From assembly GCF_006345805.1 (NCBI RefSeq), contig NC_043011.1, forward strand, positions 1,736,001 to 1,800,000: DNA of 64,000 nt. The letters run 5' to 3'. Made by a program: the position numbers and the translations under genes. The notes under the pieces are model-generated. The model was not told where the DNA came from and did not search any database. It saw only the letters and a program-made list of their open reading frames with translations. This document shows positions 24,123 through 36,710 of the stretch, one piece after another. Position 1 is the stretch's first letter, and each line of letters starts with the position of its first letter. This DNA is from Octopus sinensis. Taxonomy: Eukaryota.

Positions 24123-24175
24123 CTGCTGATGAGAAATTAGAGAGTAATCTCAAAGTTTGAAATCATATGATACAG
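24123..24175 (+). ncRNA. Type I hammerhead ribozyme motif
   Basis: CTG CTGATGA(24126-24132) GAAATTAGAGA-GTAA-TCTCAAAGTTT GAAA(24159-24162) TCATATGA TA CAG. Stem II 9 of 11 pairs, palindromic stem III ATCATATGAT, AUA site, 3-bp stem I. Confidence 0.65.
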
Positions 24176-24889
24176 AGATACCTGTAACTTCATTTGCAAC
24201 CATCAGCTGTGGTGGCAAGTTAATTTCTTTGCCCGTTCCTTGATTTTTGTCAGCCTGTTGTGTTTTCAGTGAAATGGAGGCTTATTAGAATATTTTTCAA
24301 CTCATATTTACAGCAACACTGGTGCCTCGTGAATCCCCAATTATAACTATTGATTGATTATAAACATTTATGGATCTACTCTTTTATTGGCTTTCATACT
24401 TGCTGGATACTTATATTATTATCATTATTATTTATTGATTTACTGCTAATGATAATAATATCTATATTTACTCAGGCTTCTTTTAGTTTTTGTCTACCAA
24501 ATCCACTTATAAGGCTTTGACTAATCTGAGCTTATAATTAGACGATGCTTGCCCAAGATGCAATACAGTGAGACTGAAACCAGAACTATTGGTAGGGAAG
24601 CAAGCTTCTTCTCCCACATACATACCTGCACCTACATAATAGCAATTTTTTTTAAAGTCCACATTACTTGTCTATCAAGAGTTTAGGGATTTTACTGAGT
24701 GGATGTGACACACTTCACATTACAGTCAGAGTCAAAAATGTACAAAGATAATTTGGAAGTGACCAGCTTGCAGAAGTGATCAGAAATTGGTTGTAATTGT
24801 GGAATTCACTGGTTTTATGTCTGTGGCAACTTCTCACCTAAATGAGATTGTTTTATTTGCTTCATTTTCATATATTCCTGTAATCGTTT

Positions 24890-24998
24890 TATGTGTCAAA
24901 TCTTTGTGTCAAATGTGTGAAATCTTTAATTGTGTCAAATGTGTCAAATCTTTAATTGTGTCAAATGTGTGAAATCTTTAATTGTGTCAAATTGTCAA
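24890..24998. repeat. Short tandem repeat of TGTGTCAAAT / GTGAAATCTTTAAT modules
   Basis: Direct inspection; about 4 mixed units. Confidence 0.8.
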
Positions 24999-25932
24999 AT
25001 GATATATTAAGGTATTCCTTAATATATCATATGACAATTTTGTTTTTCGCCACTTCACACACACACACACATGCACACACACACACACACACACACACAC
25101 GCATGCATGCACGCACACACACACACAGTCATTCCACCACATCCTGTAAAGACTTTTGTAAACATATTCTTCACTAAATGGGAATGAAGGTGAAAATTTG
25201 AAAAAACATAAACACCATCAATAGCTTTTCATCCTCTGTTGGCACTGAAAGTAGAGCTTAAATTAACCCAGTGCCAAAAGAAGCATGTGGTATAGGGTCT
25301 TTGTTTATAAGTGCCCAGCACAAATTGTGTGCAAGCTATCAACTCTGGTTAAATGACTCTGTACGTTCTCTGTCACAGCAAAACTGAACTGCCTTCAAAT
25401 ATGATTGATCTAATATGCAGAACAATTCCAAGCATCAATTCACTTTAAATTAAACCAATTACAATAATGAAGTTGAATGGCGACCGTAAATGGTCAGACT
25501 TACTCCATTTTTGTCTGATGTTAATTAATAGCCTTGCCATTCTGTTTCTCCATTGTGATGCATTAAACTTGTCATACAGTAATTAAGCTTTATTATTTTT
25601 CTCATAAATTAGATCAGTAAATGAATCACATTATTACTGATATATTACAAAACACAGTAATGTTAAGCATCTTTGTTAAATTGAATCAGAATTTTTAAAC
25701 AAGTTTATTGTGCACACAGTCTCTATTTTAACCTTGTGCCATCCATGGACAACCTGCAGCTTGTGTGAGTTTCTGAATCGCATGTCTAAAGAAAGGTGTC
25801 CTGCACTTTTATTGGTTGTATGGCCCACCTGATGATGAGTCATATCTCATGTGGCCTGCTTCTTGGGAGAGGTTGCTCATGCCTGCCTCATGCAATTAAG
25901 TAAAACTATATAGTGCATATGGTGGGGTGCTG

Positions 25933-26151
25933 GCAGAATTGTTAGCATGCCGGGCGAAATGCATAGCCGTATTTCATCTGTCGTTACGTTCCGAGTTCAA
26001 TATTCCGCCAAGGTCGACTTTGCCTTTCATCCTTTTGGGGTCGATAAATTAAGTACCAGTTATGCGCTGGGGTCGATGTAATCGACTTAACCCCTTTGTC
26101 TGTCTTTGTTTGTCCCCTCTGTGTTTAGTCCTTTGTGGGTAGTAAAGAAAT
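25933..26151 (+). mobile_element. SINE family C, slightly 5'-truncated, 16-bp TSD
   Basis: ATATGGTGGGGTGCTG at 25917-25932 and 26152-26167. Confidence 0.9.
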
Positions 26152-26154
26152 ATA

Positions 26155-26333
26155 TGGTGGGGTGCTGAAAAGTACCTGGCTTTGGGTAAAAGAAAATACA
26201 GGAGAATTAGTTAATTAGGATTTTATGCAACATATCCCCCTTTTAGATTTACACACTTACTGCAGTAGTCCTACAGTTTTTATAAGCCCTGTAAAAGAAC
26301 TCGGGTTCCTGATGCATTTCAGCACCCCTTTGT
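26155..26333. mobile_element. Mariner-type MITE
   Basis: Left GGGGTGCTGAAAAGTACCTGG and right TTTCAGCACCCCTTTGTA are inverted termini in TA contexts. Confidence 0.6.
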
Positions 26334-27402
26334 ATAACAAATTTAGATTATTAGTCTCATTGTCCATGTTAGATGACAAATGCAACTGTATATTACTTAA
26401 AGAACATTATTGTGTGTAAATCTGCCATGTTTTAACATTCACCTGCAACCTTAACTTGAATTAAGTTCACCACTGACATATGTGTTTGAATGAGATGGTT
26501 GGAGTTCCTAAAGCTCTATTGATACACTCTGATATTTCTTTTGCAAGATTGATTATTGTGTGTAAGGCAGCAGGGGATGTGAAGGTTATCTTTTGCAGAA
26601 ATATCTATTTCATATCCATTTCATAGAAATTATGACAAATACATTTTTGTTTCTGTTTGCTTTTGCTAAATTCACATACAGTATAAGATGCTCAGTTAGT
26701 ACTGAACATCATTTAGCCTTGATGCACTCTGAAGATAATTTCTCTCTGAAAATAAGTTTTTTGTTGAGCGCTTTCATCTCAAGATTTTTTATTACTGTAT
26801 CTTTATACTTAGAACAGCTGTTAAGTTAGACAGTTTAGATTTTAATCAACAGCTAACATAAGTAGCCATTATTACATATTGTAAAGTCTATCCAAACACT
26901 TGTTTTTCCAAGCAAATACATCGTGGATAAAGGAGGGCTACAAGAAAGAAAAGCAAGAAAGAGATTGATAAAGACATCATCAACCAAAAATATTAAATAA
27001 AGACAATGATTGAGGGAAAAAAGTAAAAACGGAAAAGACAAAGGGGTAACAGTTAATGAATCTGAAAGTGAATGAAAGCAATTGAAAAAAGGATTGTTGC
27101 AACGCTAAGGTTAATGAGATTTTGCAATAGAATACAAATTTTTCCAACTCATTTATATGAATACATGATTGGAGTCAATAGTATTCCAGAAGGTGAGCAT
27201 TACGGAAGGTATGTTTTTGTACAAAGAATTAAACTGTGACCTTCTGAAGCCACTCAGTCATTTACATCTATGTGCTTGCAGGTTGCAATTTGAACTGGCT
27301 TTTGCAACGACAGTCAAGAAAATCAAATGTCATTGTATGTAACTGAACTATTTGCACATGAACGGTTGTAGGAAGCTGTGTCAGAAATGATACAGGGTGG
27401 TG

Positions 27403-27759
27403 CAGGATAGCTGTGAGAAGAGCCTAGAAAGTTGGGCGCTTGAGACAAGAAGACACTTTCGACCAATCAGAATTCTGTTTACATAATCAGTTTGATTGGT
27501 CATCTTCCTCTGTCGATTGAGTAAGATGTCATCCAAGCTGATGTTTATTGGTAATTAAACTTAATTTGCAACACCTGTGCATATTTATCAGCTGTGTTTT
27601 TGTTGATCAGAATTATCAACAACTTTTCCTGTGATCATGATCTGAGAAGACATACAGCAGTATGCTAAAGATCCGACATAATCACTTGAGGGCAAGAAAT
27701 GTAAAATAAAGTTTATTATAAATGGCATAAACACTTTGTGATTTAATAGCTTTTAATGT
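27403..27759 (+). repeat. ~355-bp dispersed direct repeat, copy 1 (probable DNA-transposon internal segment)
   Basis: Collinear with 29561-29913, roughly 85-90% identical by eye. Confidence 0.85.
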
Positions 27760-28031
27760 CAATGTCAAGAAAAGCCGTCAGTATTATGTGCACTGAGGTT
27801 TCCATAATTTAAAACTTGTTTGATCACTTTATATGATCTGTTTATATAATTTAGATAAATTCATATATTCAAATATATGTTTTAGAACTTGTCCTATTTT
27901 GTCCTATTTTTTAATCATCAACAAGTGTACTCTGCCAAGACAGAGCACACTTTTGTACATTACACGAGGTTCATACATCAATCAGTAGAGAATATTTAAT
28001 TTGTGCACTTATTGCTTATATAGTAATGATA

Positions 28032-28445
28032 TACTCTTACTCTTTACTCTTTTACATGTTTCAGTCATTTGACTGCGGCCATGCTGGAGCACCACCTTTA
28101 GTCGAGCAAATCGACCCCGGGACTTATTCTTTGTAAGCCCAGTACTTATTCTATCGGTCTCTTTTGCCAAACCGCTAAGTGACGGGGACGTAAACACACC
28201 AGCATCGGTTGTCAAGCGATGCTAGGGGTACAAACACAGACACACAAACATACATACATATACATATATATACATATATACGACAGGCTTCTTTCAGTTT
28301 CCGTCTACCAAATCCACTCACAAGGCATTGGTCGGCCCGGGGCTATAGAAGAAGACACTTGCCCAAGATGCCACACAGTGGGACTGAACCTGGAACCATG
28401 TGGTTGGTTAGCAAGCTACTTACCACACAGCCACTCCTGCGCCTA
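28032..28445 (-). mobile_element. SINE family A, full length
   Basis: Complete head, core and tail. Confidence 0.9.
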
Positions 28446-28807
28446 TGTATTGTTATATAAAGTGAAGTCACATTATGATTTCAGGTTTTGTTTAAAATGG
28501 AATCAGGATTTAGAGAGATAAGGTCCATCCATTCAAGAATTAGTTACAATGTGATTTGGGGTTTAGAGTATTTATTGTCAAAAGGAAGAAATTAATTGAA
28601 AGAGAGGAATTCTAAGTTTCTGTTTGGTGGACATTTGATGTTTAGATGTTCATTGATAAAGGTCATTTTGCATCATTACTTACGTATCTAAGTGTGTAGA
28701 TGTGTCTGCACATGTGTGCACATATGTATGTACAGGTAAACGTATGTTTATGTACTGATATGTGTGCCTGTTCAAGTTGTATATATGACCGCTACTCTGT
28801 CGAAGGT

Positions 28808-28876
<69 letters not shown>

Positions 28877-29298
28877 ATATGTTCCTTTCACTATCTAACA
28901 GGGAATAGATACAATGTCTTAGATACATACATGTAAATATAAACCTTCCTATACATATGTACAAGCACACACAATCATATACACATGTACACACACACAC
29001 ATATATATGTATAATTTTACAGTATACACATATATATGACTGTTTTCACAGAAAAAGGTTTAACTCAAATACTTCTTTTTGTATTTTACAAAGACATATA
29101 TATATATATATATATATATATGTACCATAATGGAGAAAGCTGCTTATTAATTAGGTATGTAGCAGTTACTAAAAGTACTAAAAGAAAGCATTTATTAAAG
29201 GGTTGACCATCGGGAAATATTTTTATATATTCATGTTCTAAAAAATTTCCTATAATTTCGATTTCTCACGTTTCTTGAATTTTTTTGAATTCAATTTC

Positions 29299-29409
29299 TC
29301 ACAAATTTAAATATTCATTGCATTCACTGCATCCAATTCACAAATTTAAATATTCATTGCATTCACTGCATCCATTTCATATATTTAAATATTCATTGCA
29401 TTCACTGCG
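29299..29409. repeat. 39-bp minisatellite, about 2.8 copies
   Basis: TCACAAATTTAAATATTCATTGCATTCACTGCATCCAAT repeated. Confidence 0.85.
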
Positions 29410-29560
29410 GAGTATTCCATTCTTATTTGCAAAGTCTCTCACTTTCTCTTTTAAGTTTTAATTCGCTATTTGGAAAACCGACAGTTTATTCTATTAATGT
29501 ATACATAATTTATTATTTATTGGATAAAAATTTTTAAAATACCCATATAATTTTTGAATA

Positions 29561-29913
29561 CAGGATAGCTGTGAGACGAGCCTAGAAAGTTGGGCGCTTG
29601 AGACAAGAAGACACTTTCGACCAATCAGAATTCTGTTTACGTAATCAGTTTGATCGGTCAGCTTCCTCTGTCGGTTGAGTAAAGTGTCATCCAAGCTGAT
29701 GTTTATTGGTAATTAAAACTTAATTTGCAACACCTGTGTGTATTTATCAGCCTTGTTTTTGTTGATAATTCTTATTAACAACTTTTCCTGTTATTATGAT
29801 TTGAGAAGACATACAGCAGTATGCTAAAGATCCGACATAATCACTTGAGGGCAAGAAATGTAAAATAAAGTTTAAACAACATAAACACTTTGTAATTTAA
29901 TAGCTTTTAATGT
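29561..29913 (+). repeat. ~355-bp dispersed direct repeat, copy 2
   Basis: See 27403-27759. Confidence 0.85.
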
Positions 29914-30429
29914 GATACATGTTAAACAGAAATTAATTTAATTTAATGAAAATTTAATAAAATCTAATCATAATTAAGTGAAATTATGCTAAGTACAACT
30001 AAATTGAAAACTTTTTCCCCTGGCCAAATTGGCAGTTCTGAAAATTTTTAGTGCAAATTTTATGTGAGTAAAAGCTTTTTTTAAACAAGTTTTATCCTGA
30101 AAATCACCTGTGTAAATTACACAGTTGCACAAATTACATGGGTTTTTACAGTAATCTTCCTTAATAAACTCTTACCCAATTTTTAGTCTGTATGGTTCCA
30201 AATGAAAACTTATTCTTGTATTTAGCCTCTTAATCAAAATAGCATATTTAATTCAAAGAATTTCAAAATCTCATAAGCAAATTTAAATCACTTTGCAATA
30301 ATAGTCACTGCAACCCGCCCCTTTTTAGTGGGAGCAGGTGGAGGTGGGGATGGGGGGTTATGATAATGCTTTTTAACAAAACAAGGTTATTCATTGCATG
30401 CTGGTGAGGAAATTATCGGTTTTTCTCAT

Positions 30430-31850
30430 AGGGACAACTGGTTCTAATCCATGGATTAAGATTAGAAGCAGTAGAATCTGGATAGACAAATACCTACAAA
30501 GAATTCAGAACATCACCATCATCATCGTTTAACATCCGTTTTCCCTGCTAGCACAGGTTTTCCAAACAAAGTTTATACTTGCAGGGTCATGGTTAGTACT
30601 AGAAAACAACTACTTCTTCTTTGACAACCATATTACCTGCAATACCAGGCACAGCAATGGTTACAAAAGTCGTATCAACGTTTACAACACTAGTAATGGT
30701 GTATCTGGAAGAAAAAATTCTATACCTTATCTAGAATTACTTTTGATCATCATTTCCAAACCCCTTTAGAAGGGAACTGGAAAAGATTCTTGGATTACTG
30801 CTTCATATTTTGAGACAAAAGTAAGGAGGACCTTCCAAGATTCTTTAAATTAATAAGCAACATGTATGACTCAATCCAATTCACTATGGAAATGATTGAA
30901 AAGGAACTCTTTTTCTGGACATGCTAATAATTAGAGAAAGTGAGACAGCTACAGCCATTCTCTATGGCAAGGACACAGACACACCCAATATTTATATTTT
31001 AGATCTTGCCACCCTGCCTATACAAAAAGAAACATACCATTCAATGTATCAAGACATATAGTTCAATAGTTACAAATACCAAGAGACAAGAGAAATGACT
31101 GGTAGAAGTAAATATGTTCCTTCAAAAAACAGAAATACTCTAAAAAGCTTTTAAATCATTCCATAACGCAAGGAAATGAAATCTCAGTCTGTAACCTTTC
31201 AGAGAAACACTCATGATAAGAGTGAAAATAAAAAACAAAATATAGATATTCCATTTATAGACACCCAAAATCCTAGAAACCACAACATATACATTCAGCC
31301 AAACAATACTTCCCAATTCTACATCAATCATCAAATTTCTGACAAATTTAGAAATCACAAATCATCAACAGCCAAAGACAACCTCCAAATTTCAAGTTAC
31401 TTCTAAGAAAGGCTTAATTCATATCAGAGAAAGGAATAATACAAGTAACAAACTGTGGAGATTCTCGTTGAGGGACATGTGAAATAATTGAGCAAAAAGC
31501 AGCCAGAAGATTCAAGAATGGGAAGGAATTGAAAATGAATGCAAACATAAATTTCAAAACAAAATTTCTCATCTACTGCATCACATGCCCACACTGCAAT
31601 AAGAATCACTTTGAAGAAATCGGGACAAAACTAATCAGTCATTTAAACATGCATAAACAACAAATGAAAGATTCATCTCTTAGAAATGTTCCAAGTAGGA
31701 AACATATAGACACTTGTGCAAATGAAAAATTGAGATATTTCCTTCTTATGAAATAGAAGACAAAAACGGTTAACTATGATAGGCAAAAGAAGAATAGCTT
31801 ATGAAAATTCTAAATTCGAAACTAAACTGGAAATAGTCAAAAATTTGAAA
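30430..31850 (+). pseudogene. Decayed Penelope-like element ORF (RT + GIY-YIG endonuclease)
   Basis: Frameshifted motifs HGLRLEAV..WIDKY, LENNYFFFDN..GTAMVTKVVSTFTTLVMVYLEEK, RFLDYCFIF, IPFIDTQNPRN, and FLIYCITCPHCNKN...HLNMHKQQMKD...HIDTCA (ORF 31529-31756). A SINE B scrap is inserted at about 30512-30558. Confidence 0.8.
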
Positions 31851-32119
31851 TATTCCCTTTTACAAAACAGAATATGAAAATGATCATCTACAAGAATACT
31901 TTACGAAAATTCTAAATCCAAAACCGAACTGGAAATAGTTAATACCATTACAAAAAACAACTTCCTCTATATGCATTAGCCAGGAATGCATTTGTTTGGA
32001 AAGTTCAAAAACATTGGCCTTAAATACTCACTATACACTATCTTTTTCCACAAAGGTTAGGGACATTCTGTTATAAAAGAAATTTTTTTTAAATAGTTAA
32101 CATCGTTAAAAATAATCAC

Positions 32120-32162
<43 letters not shown>

Positions 32163-32264
32163 GGAGTAAACACATAAATGTGAAACAAGGTGGAAAAAAG
32201 AGTACTCAAATACCAGTGGTAGAGTAATATGCTTTATTTAAAGCAGCAGAAAATTCAACAAAAC

Positions 32265-32302
32265 CTGTTACTCTGAGTTTCACGTTCCTGTTCGTCGGAC
32301 AG
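32265..32302 (-). ncRNA. Hammerhead-like motif, CCGACGA core (left arm)
   Basis: CTGT CCGACGA ACA-GGAA-CGT GAAA CTC-A-GAG TA ACAG; one mismatch in stem II. Confidence 0.55.
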
Positions 32303-32318
32303 TTTTTGCTAGAAAAAA

Positions 32319-32356
32319 CTGTCCGACGAACGGGAACGTGAAACTCAGAGTAACAG
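32319..32356 (+). ncRNA. Hammerhead-like motif, CCGACGA core (right arm)
   Basis: CTGT CCGACGA ACG-GGAA-CGT GAAA CTC-A-GAG TA ACAG; all three stems pair; U4 is C. Confidence 0.65.
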
Positions 32357-34793
32357 GTTTTGTTGAATTTTCTGCTGCTTTAAATAAAGTATATATATAT
32401 ATATATAATCATCATCATTTTTTCAAATCATTCAACACATGCTAGCATATTACTATATTCATATATACATGAAATCATACTCCTTTGTAAAGATTTTATT
32501 TATATTTTTATTTTTGTTGTTGTTGATATCTGAAGCACTTTATTTTCTCTTCTGTTATCCATATTTCCATGAGACATGTGAAGATAATCAATATAGCAAA
32601 TCTCAATGTTTATAAAAAAACTAAGTTTGAGATGAAAATCTGGCTAAAGAAGAAAGAAACAGAGGTAGAGAGCAAATACTTCCAGAAATAACTACAAATA
32701 CACGAGATTATATGAATACACAATATTTTACAGCATATATGGATAAAACAGGAAGACATTTGAATGTCTCTATATCACAAATACATATATTTATACAGAA
32801 ATTCTTATTTAGTAGCACTAAATTTTGAGATCAGTCTAGTTATCTTGCAGTTTTGCTTTTTGTCAGCCAGAGAAGTTGAGCAAGTATGCATTTAATCAGT
32901 AAACCAACAAAAGAGAATTATTAACCATTACTCTTACATGCCCTTTTCAAACTGGTGAGATTAATGTTGTATATCTCTGGGGCAACGTCTGCATGGTAAA
33001 TACGAATAAGAAAATATTAGAAGGCTGTAACTCTGACAATAGATGATAGGGGTAAAAGCGTGGGGTCTGTGATACAGTTAAAATGATCAAAGGGAAAGAA
33101 GATGATTTATTGGGTGGTTTGAGGTGGCGAAATAGCTACACATTCTTTTATCTGGGCCCACACGAGCTTTGACTACTTAATCACAACAGAAGAGAGAAAA
33201 AAATCAGTGGGATAGTTAGTAGTGAATGCTAGTAAATCAGCTCGATGGCTTTCCTTTGAAAGCAATCCAAGATATTTGTGTATATAGCAGCTGTAGAATA
33301 CCAGGCATGTTAATTAGATTCTGAAAGATGGAGGCTTGTTTGAGCTTTGGAGGTTTACTATTGATCAGTACTGAAATAATTTTTTGCCCATGAATATGAA
33401 AGCTAGGTTTTTTTTATTATGCGGTTTTTGGAAATGTTATATATGTGATGTTGAAGTTGTAATGCTTATACTATCATTCCATTTTCATTTCATATTCAAG
33501 TGTTTGTGCATTGGCTTAAATATAGATATGCACTACTCTACACTCATTTACATAATGTGAGCATTACTTTGTCTGAGTGTATATAGTTTATTTTACTATG
33601 ATGTTTTTGAAATGAAAAGTGGAAAAAGTAACATCTTATTAACAACAATCCTGCTTGAAAATACACTTATTTATTGTTTCCAGACATGCCACAACTAATA
33701 TCATATCCCCTAATCGGCCAATTTTTCTTTCTTATAATATAAAATATAAGTAGCTCTATAAATCTGAATAGTTCTGTAGCAGATTTACAAATAATCATTT
33801 ACCCTGTTATGAAACTAGCTTTGCAGCACTTGCATGATCTACCAAACATCACAATTCTTGTTGCTAATTGACAAAATACACAATCATAACTATATTTATA
33901 TGTTTACCTGCAGGGTATAGAATCTCTATCTATAAATCTGTGGATGATATTACAGCTCACTTTTCTCTCTCTCAGCATTTAGGCTTTTAAAAATTTTCAC
34001 TCGAAACTTATTTGAATGCAAGTAGTTTACGTTTGATACTCATATCTCTCTTTGCTAATGCTGTGCAATCTTTTGCATAACGAAGTATGGGAATGTAATA
34101 AAAGTTTTCAAAGTATTAGAAATAGCAGAAAGCACTAAAGCACAAATACATCAAGATAAATAATGATGAGGTAAATAAATATAAACAAATTTAGACTGTA
34201 TCATGGAAAATGTAATGCAATGAGGAATAATGTATTTTGAAAACTAAATAACTATTTAAAGATGAAATTGCTGTAATTGGTGTGGATTTGAAATAATGTA
34301 GACTGAGGGTTTATTGGTTGCTATTATATTTATTTTCCCATGTTTCCAAAAGAGGAGATATATTTCCTGAAACAGTTGTTTCTACAGGTGAATGATTACT
34401 TAAAACTGTGAAACAGGTATGGAACCTAATTTTTATACATTTAATCAAACTGAAGCAAGCAGAGTTAATTTCCAGCTTCAGGTATAAAACATATATATGA
34501 CTCTGTTTTCTTGCTATTATGCAAGAACATTTCATGCCCATGTAGTCAGTAGTCCATTTTGATGCCATGGCCACAAAGTTTGAAGAATTTTCCATAGCTG
34601 TTTCACCGCTGTTTTAAACAAAACACTTCGTTGGATAATGTTTCAGTTCATATCGATGTAGAAAATAGAAACTAAAAGTTCTGGCAAATTTAGCTACAAT
34701 AAATTTTATACTTATTTCTCATGTGCTTATTACTATGTAGGCTTAAGTTAGTAGTCCAATAGTTCTTATAGATTTTTGAGATTTGTGAATAAG

Positions 34794-34940
34794 TTACTTA
34801 GCGGTTCGGCAAAAGAGACCGATAGAATAAGTACTGGGCTTACAAAAGAATAAGTCCCGGGGTCGAGTTGCTCGATTAAAGGCGGTGCTCCAGCATGGCC
34901 GCAGTCAAATGATTGAAACAAGTAAAAGAGTAAAAGAGTA
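34794..34940 (+). mobile_element. SINE family A, 5'-truncated
   Basis: 3' body and (TAAAAGAG)2 tail. Confidence 0.85.
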
Positions 34941-35360
34941 AGTTTATAATTTGTCGTTGCTTTCATAATGTGAGACACTATTGGCTATTGACAGTGTGTT
35001 ATTTATTGTGTGGTCAGAAAGGAAACGAAATACTCATGATCATTTACATGGCTAGTGAGACAGGTGGGAGGGAGAGTGGAAAGTGTCCTCAAACCAGTGA
35101 CCAGATTCCAAATGCTTGCAAACAGTGTGAAGTTTACTAAAGATGCCCAATGACCAGGTGGTGTGGTGTCCTGAGAGTATTTGATCTCAGAACATAAAGA
35201 GCCAGAACAAATTTTGCCAGGTATCCTTTTAGATACTTTAATGATTTTATCAGTCTCCTGTTCTAGACTGCTACGTTATTGAATGTGGAGTCATTGACAA
35301 AATTGACCTTGGTGACATTTGTACTTAGAATGCAAGGATAAATAAAAGGCATTTTGTCTC

Positions 35361-35721
35361 AAAATCGAAATCGACCAACATCAATGGAAATTGTAGCTGT
35401 AATACCAGTGCCGGTGGCACATAAGAGAACCATCCGAACGTGGCTGTTGCCAGCACTGCCCTGACTGACCTCCATGCCAGTAGCACGTAAAAAGCACCAT
35501 CCGATCGTGGCCGTTTGCCAGCCTCGTCTGGCACCTGTGCCGGTGGCACATAAAAAGCACCCACTACACTCACGGAGTGGTTGGTGTTAGGAAGGACATC
35601 CAGCCATAGAAATATTGCCAGATCCGACTGGGCCTGGTACAGCCTTCTGGCTTCTCAGACCCCAGTTGAACCGTCCAACCCATGCTAGCATGGAAAGCGG
35701 ACGCTAAACGATGATGATGAT
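35361..35721 (+). mobile_element. SINE-like family B with a single set of 5' modules
   Basis: One copy of the ACCATCCGA.CGTGGC modules that are amplified at 59036-61220, then the (GAT)n tail. Confidence 0.85.
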
Positions 35722-36384
35722 TAATTTACTGCCCAAATATTACTGTTTACATTATAACATCATAATAATCTGGATGTTTATAATGTTATAACATATGAGA
35801 GTTTATAATGTTATGCTGTTACTGTTTGTAAAGTTACTGTTTACAATATGACCAGTTGACCAAGTCAAACAAACATTATGAGATCTTTATCAAACCCCTG
35901 CCCTTCTTTTTACAAATTATTCATTTGCGAGTGAAAGTATATTTTAAAGGTATATAAAAATTTTTTCTTCTGAACCTGAAATTTAATATCAATAAAACTG
36001 ATATTTTCATAAACAAAACTTGTGCAAAGAAAGGATGAAATGTAAGATATAAAATTGAATCTTCCATCATTATTCAATAAAATGTTGGGGGAGGGGATTA
36101 GTTCAAATTAAATTCTTATATTTTCTGAATTGTAATTCAAGTTTAAATAACAATTTCATTACATAAAATATCACTCAGTCTCCCCTGTCAAACTGACATA
36201 TATTTATAAAATCATATCAATTTTATGAATTTTAAATTTCAAATCCAAAAAGGACACATGGGGTAAAATGAAAAATATAGAAACAAGTCTTAGGTTGATG
36301 TGTTCATATCTATAATGGAAACACAGCCACCACAGTCCCAAAATGTAAACTAAAACTACTTTTAACCCATTATAATTCCTACAA

Positions 36385-36710
36385 ATAGGAGCACTCTGTC
36401 GGTTACAATGATGAGGGTCCCAACTGATACGATCGACGGAACAGCCTGCTTGTGAAGTTAACATGCAAGTAGCTGAGCAATCCACAGACACGGGTACCCC
36501 TAATGCAGTTCTCAGGGAGATTCAGTGTGACACAGAGTGTGACAAGGCTGGCCCTTTGAAATACAGGTACAACTCATTTTTGCCAGCTGAGTGGACTAGA
36601 GCAATGTGAAATAAAGTGTCTTGCTCAAGGACACAACACATCACCGGGAATTGAACTCACAATCTTACAATCGTGAGTCAAATGCCCTAACCACTAAGCT
36701 ATGTGCCTTC
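36385..36710 (-). mobile_element. tRNA-derived SINE (family D), full length with 10-bp TSD
   Basis: A-box TAGCTTAGTGG, B-box GAGTTCAATTCCC, core GTGTCCTTGAGCAAGACACTT; CCTACAAATA at 36378-36387 and 36713-36722. Confidence 0.85.

Larger units (their letters stand above)
32161..32390. mobile_element. Head-to-head inverted Penelope-type terminal repeat (76-bp arms 32232-32307 / 32314-32389), both outer ends on (AT)n
   Basis: The arms are reverse complements with one mismatch around the loop GCTAGA; the left copy continues to ...ACTCCGG|(TA)n at 32161. Confidence 0.75.

Noticed and set aside
25822-25858. CTGATGA-TGAG-TCATAT-CTCA
   Set aside because: A stem II-like hairpin is present but no GAAA follows.
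29195-29300. TTAA|AGGGTTGACC start suggestive of a Kolobok/piggyBac-type terminus
   Set aside because: No matching opposite terminus found in the window.
34311-34620. Possible minus-strand exon after a TTTTGTTTAAAACAG acceptor-like site
   Set aside because: No recognisable protein similarity or donor site; needs RNA-seq or homology search.
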